A stretch of DNA of 22,891 nt, taken from positions 1 to 22,891 of the forward strand of contig JAZBOO010000299.1 in assembly GCA_036351155.1 (NCBI GenBank), read 5' to 3'. A program made the position numbers and the translations under genes. This DNA is from Candidatus Krumholzibacteriia bacterium. Lineage in GTDB: Bacteria > Krumholzibacteriota > Krumholzibacteriia > LZORAL124-64-63. Shown here in pieces: positions 8,369 through 16,758 of this stretch. Below the pieces are notes generated by a model. It was not told the origin of the DNA. It worked only from the letters and a program-made list of their open reading frames with translations, and made no database searches. The stretch's first letter is position 1. Each line of letters opens with the position of its first letter.

Positions 8369-8695
8369 TCACCCCAGAAGACCCGCCAAGCCCGGCACTC
8401 GCCGGGCAATCGACACGGCCACCTCACCCAGCTCCTCGATGCGCGCCCGCAGGTCGGCCTGGGACAGGTTCACCCGCGAGGCTTCCTTGACCACGGTGAC
8501 CAGGGCGTCGTACACCCGCAGGTCGGTCACCTCGGGGGTGATGGCGTCGATCTCCTCGCGGGACATTCCCATCAAGGCGTCCATTTCCTCGCGGTACTTG
8601 CCCCGGAACGACTGGTCGGCGTAATCGAGGGCCCGCCGCACGCGCTGTCGAAACAGGCGGCGGCGCTGATCACGGCTCAGGCGGCTGTTGCTCAT
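8369..8695 (-). CDS. Hypothetical helical protein, 108 aa
   Basis: GC3-rich codons; GGAG upstream; ATGA overlap with the upstream lipoprotein gene; ends just before the terminator. Confidence 0.8.
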   Translation of the reverse strand: MSNSRLSRDQRRRLFRQRVRRALDYADQSFRGKYREEMDALMGMSREEIDAITPEVTDLRVYDALVTVVKEASRVNLSQADLRARIEELGEVAVSIARRVPGLAGLLG

Positions 8696-9414
8696 GGGTT
8701 CAACACTCCATCTCCGGGGTCTCTTTCGGTCAGTTGTCGGATCCTGGCCGACAATTTATCCGACAATTTATCCGGCAATGTGTCCAGTGGCTCGGCTCCA
8801 CGGCGGACCTCTTCCAGCAGGCGGGCCAGCTCCTCGGAAAGCCCGGACAGGCCAAGGGCCACGGTCCGGCGATAGTCCTGCAGCCCCACATCTTCCAGCA
8901 GCTCGGCCTGGGCCTCGTGCACCTTGACCACGCTGGCCAGATGACCGGTCACCACGGCGTTGGCGGTTTGCAGCTGAAGGAAGGCCTGGTCAATACTCTC
9001 CAGCACCGCGGCCCGCTGCGTCAGCAATGGTGCACGCAATTCCTCGCGAAAAGCATCGATCTGATAGGACACCTCCTCGGTGTAGATCATCAGGATGTCC
9101 AGGGCGTCCAGGCTGTCGGGGTGCGTGGCTGCCAGGGCATCTTCGAATTGCTCCACCAGTTCCAGTGAGATCACGGTCTCCTCGATGATGAAGGGGCGGT
9201 AAACCTCTTCGACAAAGCGGTCCACCTCGCGCAGCAGGAGATCGAAATGAGCCAGGGCCAGCTGGCGATTGGCCTGGTGCACGGCACCCAGATCACGCCC
9301 GATGGTGGCCGATAGCTCGATGGATGCGCGGGGAGTGGTGGAACAGCCGGTCAGAGATACCGAGGCCAGAATCAGAAGCCCGCAGGCGGCGCAAGCAATC
9401 AACGGATTTTTCAT
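8692..9414 (-). CDS. Hypothetical alpha-helical/coiled-coil lipoprotein
   Basis: ATG 9414 with AAGGAGG RBS; signal peptide with lipobox LTGC; long amphipathic helical sequence. Confidence 0.8.
   Translation of the reverse strand: MKNPLIACAACGLLILASVSLTGCSTTPRASIELSATIGRDLGAVHQANRQLALAHFDLLLREVDRFVEEVYRPFIIEETVISLELVEQFEDALAATHPDSLDALDILMIYTEEVSYQIDAFREELRAPLLTQRAAVLESIDQAFLQLQTANAVVTGHLASVVKVHEAQAELLEDVGLQDYRRTVALGLSGLSEELARLLEEVRRGAEPLDTLPDKLSDKLSARIRQLTERDPGDGVLNP
8748..8783. repeat. 12-bp in-frame tandem repeat (2 perfect copies + 1 degenerate)
   Basis: CCGACAATTTAT CCGACAATTTAT CCGGCAATGTGT, encoding TLPDKLSDKLS on the minus strand. Confidence 0.8.
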
Positions 9415-9527
9415 GAGTCCCTCCTTGCGCACTATCTAATCTCGGGAGCCCGGCGGCGCAACGGTCACTCCGTTGATATGTTGATCTCACAGGAATCCAT
9501 CGATCCGCTGGGGAAAGGGAGATAACC

Positions 9528-10511
9528 ATGGCCGTCGTTCACTTCGTCACCAACCGCAACCCCGAGCAGGGGAATCCGCCCACGAAATACGGCAAGAGCT
9601 TTCATCCCATGGGAGCCGACTATCTCCGCTTCGGGTGGGCCACCGTCATCGGCAAGAAGGTGACCGTGAAAACGGCCCCCGAAAAAATGGAGGTGAGCCC
9701 AGGGGAGAACCAGCTGCTGGGCAGCGCCTCGGTATTCCAGGAACTGCACGACGCCATGCTGGCCGGACGCGATACCATCGTCTACATCCATGGGTACAAT
9801 GTCGATTTCAACGAGGCGGCCCGTGCTGCGGCCAGGGTGCAGCGGGTGTACAAGGGGGGCAAGGCCAACGTGGTCATGTTCACCTGGCCTTCGGATGGGT
9901 CCTTGCTGCCGCTGCTGGCCTACAAGAGCGATCGCAGCGATGCCCGCGCCTCGGCGGTGGGTTTTGCGCGGGGAGTGCGCAAGCTGATCGATCTGATGAA
10001 GGCCATCCGGCGCGATCCCGAACAGCTGTGCCACGCCTCGATCCACCTGATGTGCCACAGCATGGGCTGCTACGTTCTGCGCAACGGACTGCAGGAGGTG
10101 CGCAAGTGGGGTGGCCTGCCCCGGGTGTTCGATCAGATCTTCCTGTTTGCCGCCGACGAGGACTACGACACCTTCGAACATGAGCACAAGCTGGCCCTCT
10201 TGCCCGAGCTGGGGCAGGCGGTGAACGTCTACTTCAACACGGGCGATGTGGCCCTGTTCACCTCGGACCACACCAAGGGCAACCCGGCGCGACTGGGATC
10301 ACGCGGTCCGCGGCTTCCCTTGCAGGTGCCCGGAACGGTGACGCTGGTGGATGCGTCGCGCATCGTGGGCGGCACGGTGGAACACTCTTACTACCTGGAC
10401 GACAAGCGGGTGATCCGCGACGTGAACCTGGTACTCAGGGGGAGCGGGCCGGACATTCCGGCCACGCGGAAGTACGTGGCCTCGGGCAACAAGTACGTGT
10501 TGAAGAAGTAG
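9528..10511 (+). CDS. Alpha/beta hydrolase, DUF900-like esterase/lipase
   Basis: N-terminal FVTNR, YIHGYN, FTWPS, nucleophile elbow CHSMG, DVAL, RLG, HSYY; GGAG RBS; no signal peptide. Confidence 0.88.
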   Translation: MAVVHFVTNRNPEQGNPPTKYGKSFHPMGADYLRFGWATVIGKKVTVKTAPEKMEVSPGENQLLGSASVFQELHDAMLAGRDTIVYIHGYNVDFNEAARAAARVQRVYKGGKANVVMFTWPSDGSLLPLLAYKSDRSDARASAVGFARGVRKLIDLMKAIRRDPEQLCHASIHLMCHSMGCYVLRNGLQEVRKWGGLPRVFDQIFLFAADEDYDTFEHEHKLALLPELGQAVNVYFNTGDVALFTSDHTKGNPARLGSRGPRLPLQVPGTVTLVDASRIVGGTVEHSYYLDDKRVIRDVNLVLRGSGPDIPATRKYVASGNKYVLKK

Positions 10512-10559
10512 GTGCGTCCTACTTGGCGAGGATGACGCGGGGGCTTTCGATGAAGCCCC

Positions 10560-13500
10560 CTATCTTCGCAGCATGGTCTCGGGCACGTCCACCCGGATCT
10601 GGGCGACGGTGCCCTGGCGGCAAAACAGCTCCCGACTCAGGTCCGGGCCAAGGTCCAGCCCGGGGATCTGCCGGGTGGTTCCGCCGGTCAGATCCACCTC
10701 GATCTTTCCCTGGCCGGCGGTTTTGCGGTACAGGACAGGCACCTGGCAGCAAGTGAAGGCCATCATGCCTTCGTCCAGGTTGACGGTGCCGGCTCCGCCG
10801 TTCAGGTTCCAGAAGGTGAAGGCTCCAGGTTCAGTGGAGAACTCGGCTTTTTCCAGCAGATAGGGAGAAAAAACGAGAGACCCATCGACCACCTTCAGCC
10901 CCAGTTCTCCGCGCCGGGTCAGGATCTCTTCCTTGACCTGGCCGGTCATGCCGGGCTGACGTGCCCCGCCGTCACCGGGGGTGTGCGAGTAGGGGTCGGT
11001 GGGAAAGGCCCCGTAGGCGGACGCGCTTTTCTCGTAGCCCAGGCCACTTCGAATGCGCAGATACATGCGGGCCAGACCCTCCCGGGTGGTCTCCGCCGCC
11101 CCGGAATCGGCCGCCTGGTGCGTCACTTCCTGTACGGCCAGCAGCAGCTTGGCCACCATGTGCCAGTAGATGCAGCCGATGCCCTCGTAGCCATACATGT
11201 AACCCGAACGCCCGGTGTAGCTGTCATGCTTGAACACGAGGGTGAACAGGGCCACGATCGCGGCACGATCGGGGGCCACTTCGGGATCCGTCTCCTCCAG
11301 TCGATCCAGGGCCTCTTCCAGGTCGCGGACGTTCTGCAGGCTCCGGTGAAAACGGTACACACCGAGATCATCCCAGGCGAGAATGTCGCCTTGCCCGCGG
11401 TCCAGCATTTTCTTCAACAGAGGGATGGCCTCGGCCTGTTCGCTGAGCACCACGTTCTTGTCCAGGAAGCTGGGCAGCTGACGGGTGGGGTAGAGCAAGA
11501 AGCTGTGGCGGTCGGCGGTGTACAGGGGGCTCCGGTACAGGGCCTCGAGCAGGACCAGGGCCTCGTCTGGGTCCACCAGCCCCGAGCTCAGGGCGGCCAC
11601 CTGCCCCTCCAGCATGACAGGCAGGCGCTTGATGTTGACCCCGCCGGCCTTGGTTCCCACCTCGAGCAGATTGTAGGTGTGGAACAGGGCGTCTTTGCGG
11701 CGGTTGGCTTCGATGCTGTGGTCCACGAAGCGCAGGGCGCGCCGACAGAAGGTCTCGACCCACTGGGTGGACAGCTTGCGGTGGCCGCTGAAGCCTCCGG
11801 CATAGACGGTCTCGCGGTAGCGGGAAAACGCGGTGCCCAGGGCGGTCATCAGGCGCAGGCGATCCTGGGGAGAGACCTCGGGGCCGTCGAGCAAGGAGCT
11901 TTCCTTTTCCAGCAGTACATCCAGCTCTTCAAACCAGGTGACCACTTCACCGGCCACGGACAGGGGCTGGTCGTCCACCCGGTCCAGCATGTCGGCCAGG
12001 AAGGCCAGATAACGCCGCAGATAGCAGAGGGTGACCACGGAAACGCCGCCGGCGGCCAGGGCGTTGTTGGCGTCGTTCCATTCGGGGCGCTGGGTGTTCA
12101 TCCAGATACCCGCGCCGGGCACCAGGTTCGACAGCTTCGAGAGCGCGGGCACCAGCAGCTTCTCCAGCAGGTTCCCGTGACGGATGTGGCCGTCGGGACC
12201 GCGCAACAGCCGGCCGTCGCTCCCCTGGGTGGCCACGCGAGCGCTGATCAGCCGGTCGAGCTGGTGATCGAACACGATGGTCTCGGCCGGGTTGGCCAGG
12301 ATTTCGGGGAACGACTTGAGCCGGTAGGGCACCTCGGCGTAGCTGAAGATTTCGCGGCCCAGCATGCTGGCCATGGCACCCGGGTCATGGGCCTGCCACG
12401 ATTCCAGCAGCTTCAGAAGATAGATGATCTGGTGATCGCCCCAGTAGCCGATGTTGCTCCACGGATCATCCGCCTCTTCGGACTCCCAGTCCACCCCCTC
12501 GCGCGAAATCCGGTAAGGGTTGAACCCGTCGATGGTGGACGCGTTCAGAAACTTGGCGGTGAAGTGGGGCAGGAACTGGGGAAAAGAGGTGGCCAGGGCT
12601 TCCCAGTTCTGGAAGATGTCGCGCCAGTTGCCCTGGTAGTCCAGAGTGGGCAGGCCCTGAGCATCGCGCACGCGGATGGCAAACTGGTTCCAGGGCCGAC
12701 TGGGATCGCCGTGACGCCGGCCGAAATGCAGGGGCAGGTACTCGAGAGCCAGGCGCTGGGCGTCGGGCGCTTCCAGCTGGGCGGCCAGCTCGCGCACCTG
12801 CTCGATGGTCACCGTTTCAGGGAGCGTAGACAGCAGGGGGGCGAACAGCCGGGCCATCTGCGGATTGCGGACCTCGAGGAAATCCCGGAAATCGGCCACG
12901 CGCACCTTGTCATTGTCGTAAAAGACCCCGCCGCGCATGCAGTTGTACAGGACATTGGCAAAGTGATGAGCCGATGACGAGGTCCGTGCCGAGAGCTGTT
13001 GCCCGTCGGCACTGGCGATCAGGCGTTCCAGCTCCCGCTGACTCCGGGCCAAGCTGGCTTCCAGGGTGGCGGCCAGGTCGGATCCCTCGCTCAGCAGCTG
13101 ACGCAGGTGGGCAATCTGAAGATGATCCAGACCCACATCGGCCACCAGGTGCCAGCGGGTGAACTGCCCCGGCTCCAGGTCCAGGGTGCTGGTCACCAGG
13201 TAGTTGCCCCGTCCGCCCAGGGCTTCTCGATCCTCGGCCAGGACCCGCTGGGCGCGGAAGTCCTGGATGGCCTGCAGTTTCAGGTGGGTCTTGGCCTGGT
13301 CCAGTCCGCAGCACCACACGGTGTTGGCGGTCAGAACCTCGCGGGCCTCGGCCCGGTCGGTGATACCGGCGGTCAGACTGAAGATCCCCAGACCGGTTTC
13401 GGGGTCCACGTCGGTGCGCTTGTAGGCATCGACCAGGTTGCTGGCCTGCTGATAAACTGCCAGGGGGGCCCCGTGGGGCAACACGTTCCGCAGGCCATCG

Positions 13501-14039
13501 AGCAGATCCAGGCGGCGGGCCCCGGTGCCCAGGTTTTCCAGCCGGGCCGAACGCACCCAGCCGAACCGGCTGCTGGCGGACCACTGGTAACTGAAGGCCA
13601 GGCCCAGTTCGTGGTTGATCTCCTCGAACACGATGCGATTGCCGGTCACGTTCTTGTAGAGATTACGGTTCACCGCAGGGTTGGTGGAGTTGTCGGCCAC
13701 GAAGGGCTCCCAGATCACGGCCTGGCCGTCTTCACCCTCGAGACGGATCAGGGTCACCGGTCCCGTGTGATGGTGGGCGTCGTGGAGCTGATCCACCGTC
13801 AGATAGGGGAACAGACTGCCGCTGGCATCCACGCGGCCGGCGGTCAAGCCGCCCCCCGAGGTGATGAACATCCACAGATCGGCATCGCTGGGCACACTCA
13901 GAAAAAACGGAGTCAGTCCCTCGAAATCCGCGATGCGATAGAACGTGTCCCCGTCCCGCTGGACCCAGCGGCCCGCGGCATCATTGGTCGTCATGGACAT
14001 CGCCACACAAGCCTTGGTTGTTGAAGGTTGCCCTTCCAT
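10560..14039 (-). CDS. Beta-1,3-glucan phosphorylase, GH149-type
   Basis: About 1160 aa; no signal peptide; motifs RRHGDPSRPWN, YQGNWRDIFQNWEAL, IGYWGDHQIIYL, IWMNTQRPEWNDANNAL, YEGIGCIYWHM, PTDPYSHTP, QPGMTGQVKE. The exact start is uncertain (14048, 14039 or ~14000). Confidence 0.85.
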   Translation of the reverse strand: MEGQPSTTKACVAMSMTTNDAAGRWVQRDGDTFYRIADFEGLTPFFLSVPSDADLWMFITSGGGLTAGRVDASGSLFPYLTVDQLHDAHHHTGPVTLIRLEGEDGQAVIWEPFVADNSTNPAVNRNLYKNVTGNRIVFEEINHELGLAFSYQWSASSRFGWVRSARLENLGTGARRLDLLDGLRNVLPHGAPLAVYQQASNLVDAYKRTDVDPETGLGIFSLTAGITDRAEAREVLTANTVWCCGLDQAKTHLKLQAIQDFRAQRVLAEDREALGGRGNYLVTSTLDLEPGQFTRWHLVADVGLDHLQIAHLRQLLSEGSDLAATLEASLARSQRELERLIASADGQQLSARTSSSAHHFANVLYNCMRGGVFYDNDKVRVADFRDFLEVRNPQMARLFAPLLSTLPETVTIEQVRELAAQLEAPDAQRLALEYLPLHFGRRHGDPSRPWNQFAIRVRDAQGLPTLDYQGNWRDIFQNWEALATSFPQFLPHFTAKFLNASTIDGFNPYRISREGVDWESEEADDPWSNIGYWGDHQIIYLLKLLESWQAHDPGAMASMLGREIFSYAEVPYRLKSFPEILANPAETIVFDHQLDRLISARVATQGSDGRLLRGPDGHIRHGNLLEKLLVPALSKLSNLVPGAGIWMNTQRPEWNDANNALAAGGVSVVTLCYLRRYLAFLADMLDRVDDQPLSVAGEVVTWFEELDVLLEKESSLLDGPEVSPQDRLRLMTALGTAFSRYRETVYAGGFSGHRKLSTQWVETFCRRALRFVDHSIEANRRKDALFHTYNLLEVGTKAGGVNIKRLPVMLEGQVAALSSGLVDPDEALVLLEALYRSPLYTADRHSFLLYPTRQLPSFLDKNVVLSEQAEAIPLLKKMLDRGQGDILAWDDLGVYRFHRSLQNVRDLEEALDRLEETDPEVAPDRAAIVALFTLVFKHDSYTGRSGYMYGYEGIGCIYWHMVAKLLLAVQEVTHQAADSGAAETTREGLARMYLRIRSGLGYEKSASAYGAFPTDPYSHTPGDGGARQPGMTGQVKEEILTRRGELGLKVVDGSLVFSPYLLEKAEFSTEPGAFTFWNLNGGAGTVNLDEGMMAFTCCQVPVLYRKTAGQGKIEVDLTGGTTRQIPGLDLGPDLSRELFCRQGTVAQIRVDVPETMLRR

Positions 14040-14077
14040 AAACTCCACCGTTCAGAATAATTGAAAACCGGGGACCG

Positions 14078-14122
14078 GGCCAAGCGACCCTCGGCCAAGC
14101 GACCCCCGGACAAGCGTTCTAC
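14078..14122. repeat. Intergenic 15-bp tandem repeat, three copies
   Basis: GGCCAAGCGACCCTC GGCCAAGCGACCCCC GGACAAGCGTTCTAC. Confidence 0.75.
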
Positions 14123-14138
14123 CGGGTCCAGCACTCCA

Positions 14139-15113
14139 CTACTTCAACAGGACCATGCTGCGGGACATCTGGCCCGCCGAGGTCTTCAGCACGTACCAGT
14201 ACTGCCCGGCCGCGGCGGTCGATCCCGTTTGCGTGCGCCCATTCCAGTTCACGAAATGTGGACCAGCTTCCAGATTTCCCTGGCGCAGGGTCTGAACCTT
14301 GCGTCCGGCCACATCGTAGATCGACAGGTCCACGGGACCGGCCTGATTCAGCACGAACTCGATGCGGGTCATGGGGTTGAAAGGGTTGGGATAGTTCTGG
14401 CGAAGATCCAGGCCTCGGGCGATCATGGCTTCCGGCACGCTGGATGATTCACCCAGACGCCACACCAGGTTGTCGTAGAAAATGCCGGCGCCCTGGTAAC
14501 CGGTGGTGGTGTTCGAGAAGCCGAACTGGATCAGCTGGCCGACCAGGCCGGCGTCGATGTCCAGGGCGATGGAGTATCCGCCCCAGGTCTCGGGAATGCT
14601 GGTCATGTCCACGGTGACGTAGTTGGTGGTCGCGTATCCGGCACCGGGGTCCAGCGTCTTGATGTAGGCCAGCGCGGTGCTGGTGCCCTCGATGTTCCCC
14701 TTCTTGGCCTGAAACTCGAACACCCAGCGGGTGTCCACATCGCCGGCCAGGACGGTTTGCTCGTGGAACACGTTCGATTCGATCAGGTAGCCGTTGGCGT
14801 GGTCCTGGTTGTTGTAGTCGCTGAAGACCACCATCTGCTGCAGGCCCTGCTCATCGCCTCCCTGCCCCATGTCGATCTGGCAGAAGGCCGCCCCATCGTT
14901 GGGCGCGGGGAAGGCTCCGTACCCATAAAGGTAGTCGCCGGCGCTGGTGGAGACGTTGCCGTAGACCATCCAGCCGTCGTTGGCCAGGGCGGCGATGTCC
15001 GATTGAATCAGGCCTTCGAAATTCTGGTTGTAGGGAGTGATGGCTTGTCCGGTCACAGGAACCAGGCAGACCAGCACGGCGACGGCCAGCACGGCGTTGA
15101 AGCTTCTTTTCAT
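14139..15113 (-). CDS. Secreted beta-sandwich (candidate carbohydrate-binding) protein with a C-terminal FlgD-Ig/secretion tail; paralog of 7588..8304
   Basis: ATG 15113 with GGAGG RBS; signal peptide MKRSFNAVLAVAVLVCLVPVTGQA; QNFE...FYDNL domain; tail QNYPNPFNPMTRIEF...IYDVAGRKV...WNG...GQYWYVL. Confidence 0.88.
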   Translation of the reverse strand: MKRSFNAVLAVAVLVCLVPVTGQAITPYNQNFEGLIQSDIAALANDGWMVYGNVSTSAGDYLYGYGAFPAPNDGAAFCQIDMGQGGDEQGLQQMVVFSDYNNQDHANGYLIESNVFHEQTVLAGDVDTRWVFEFQAKKGNIEGTSTALAYIKTLDPGAGYATTNYVTVDMTSIPETWGGYSIALDIDAGLVGQLIQFGFSNTTTGYQGAGIFYDNLVWRLGESSSVPEAMIARGLDLRQNYPNPFNPMTRIEFVLNQAGPVDLSIYDVAGRKVQTLRQGNLEAGPHFVNWNGRTQTGSTAAAGQYWYVLKTSAGQMSRSMVLLK

Positions 15114-15280
15114 TGTTTTACCTCCCGGGCCCGGGTGTTGAGCGGGCCATCTAGGATAGGTTTGAGTTGGTCCCGGTCGTGGTTTCCTGCACATTGCTCG
15201 GTGTCAAATGATGGCCATGTCAGGAGCGGGAAGCTGTCCCGGCCGGGATAAAAAACGTGAAGACCACCGACCGATAACGC

Positions 15281-15328
15281 TTGACAGGACGAAAGATATT
15301 ATACACTATGTTCGGAGTCCGAACAAAG
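15281..15328. promoter_or_regulatory. Overlapping divergent sigma70 promoters sharing operator copy 3
   Basis: Perfect palindrome TGTTCGG-AGT-CCGAACA (15309-15325). Minus strand: TTGTTC-N17-TATAAT (15326-15298). Plus strand: TTGACA (15281) with CACTAT 17 bp downstream. Confidence 0.78.
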
Positions 15329-15354
15329 AATTTTCTTTCCTGAAATGGCAGAAA

Positions 15355-16758
15355 ATGTCGCGACGTGAATTTCCGAAGGACTTTATCTGGGGAGCGGCCA
15401 CCAGCGCCCAGCAGATCGAAGGCGGACGCCACGCCGAGGGCCGTGGGGAGTCCATCTGGGACCGCTTTGCGTCCCTGCCCGGCAAAATCGCCGACGGATC
15501 CAACCCCGACATCGCCTGCGACCACTACCACCGCTGGAGCGAGGATGTGGACCTGATGGCCTCCCTGGGCCTGAAGGGTTACCGCTTTTCCCTGGCCTGG
15601 CCGCGCATCATGCCCACCGGCCGCGCGCCCATCAACACGCCGGGCCTGGACTTCTACGACCGTCTGGTCGACCGCCTGCTGGCCGTGGGTATTGCTCCTT
15701 TTCCCACCTTGTACCACTGGGACCTGCCGCAGACCTTGCAGGACGAGGGGGGATGGGCCAACAGGGAAATCGTGGACCACTTTTGCGACTATACCGAAGC
15801 CGTGGTGCGGCGTCTGGGCGACCGGGTCACTCACTGGGTCACTCACAACGAGCCCTGGTGCATCACCACGCTGGGTCATGAAGAGGGCCACCATGCCCCG
15901 GGACACAAGAATCCCCGCGAGGCCATGGCGGTGGCTCATCACCTGTTGCTTTCCCATGGCCGGGCCACCCAGGTCATCCGGCGGGAGTTTCCCGAGGCCA
16001 AGGTGGGGCTGGTCAACATCCATTGCCCGCCGCAACCCCGCACCAGCAGCGCACCGGATCTGAACGCGGCCCGCTGGTACGATGGTTTCTTCAACCGCTG
16101 GTACCTGGACCCGTTGTTCAAGGGCGAGTATCCCGCCGATGCGGTGGCCGACCGGGTGGCCGCAGGCCATCTGCCCGCAGGTGAGATGCCGTTCGTGCAG
16201 CCCGGTGACATGGAGATCATTGCCACGGACCTGGACTTCCTGGGCCTGAATTACTACAGCCGGATCGTCATGCAGGCCGGTCCCGAGGGAAAGCCCGAGG
16301 CCTTTGTGCCGGTGCCCAGGGAAGAGCTGACGGACATGGGGTGGGAGGTCTATCCCGCCGGGCTGACCGAAACTCTGCTGCGCATTCGCCGGGATTACGC
16401 CCCGCCCGCCATCTTCATCATGGAAAACGGAGCCGCCTACGATGTGCCGGCCGATGAAGATGGCCGCATTCGCGACACCCGCCGCATCGCCTACCTGCAG
16501 GGACACCTCGAGGCCGCCCACGAGGCCCTGGCCCAGGGCGTGCCCCTGGCGGGGTATTTCACCTGGTCATTGCTGGATAATTTCGAATGGGGACTGGGCT
16601 ACGAGAAAAAGTTCGGACTTTTCGCCGTGGACCCCTTGACCCACAACCGTATTGCCAAGGATAGTGCCGACTGGTACCGGCAAGTGGTCACCGCAAATGC
16701 GGTGCCCGATGCGCCGGAACCCACCCGTGAAGGAGAAAACCGTGCTTCCCAAACGTAA
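15355..16758 (+). CDS. GH1 beta-glucosidase (cytoplasmic)
   Basis: FIWGAATSAQQIEG, DHYHRW, YRFSLAWPRI, TLYHWDLP, HNEP (acid/base), MENG (nucleophile), WSLLDNFEW. ATG 15355 chosen because the longer ORF runs through the promoter. Confidence 0.96.
   Translation: MSRREFPKDFIWGAATSAQQIEGGRHAEGRGESIWDRFASLPGKIADGSNPDIACDHYHRWSEDVDLMASLGLKGYRFSLAWPRIMPTGRAPINTPGLDFYDRLVDRLLAVGIAPFPTLYHWDLPQTLQDEGGWANREIVDHFCDYTEAVVRRLGDRVTHWVTHNEPWCITTLGHEEGHHAPGHKNPREAMAVAHHLLLSHGRATQVIRREFPEAKVGLVNIHCPPQPRTSSAPDLNAARWYDGFFNRWYLDPLFKGEYPADAVADRVAAGHLPAGEMPFVQPGDMEIIATDLDFLGLNYYSRIVMQAGPEGKPEAFVPVPREELTDMGWEVYPAGLTETLLRIRRDYAPPAIFIMENGAAYDVPADEDGRIRDTRRIAYLQGHLEAAHEALAQGVPLAGYFTWSLLDNFEWGLGYEKKFGLFAVDPLTHNRIAKDSADWYRQVVTANAVPDAPEPTREGENRASQT

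Noticed and set aside
10506..10560. Hairpins between the convergent hydrolase and GH149 genes (GGGGGCTT/AAGCCCCC; AAGTAGG/CCTACTT) as a terminator
   Set aside because: No U-tract on either strand, so they cannot be called an intrinsic terminator.
10983..12977. Long antisense ORFs (664 aa here; also 5712..7175, 15220..16521, 16688..18004, 18185..20002, 20126..21373 and others)
   Set aside because: Shadow ORFs of GC3-rich genes; they lie opposite genes with clear family motifs and have no motifs of their own.
14078..14122. Possible CRISPR array
   Set aside because: The 15-bp units are contiguous with no spacers, and there are no cas genes.
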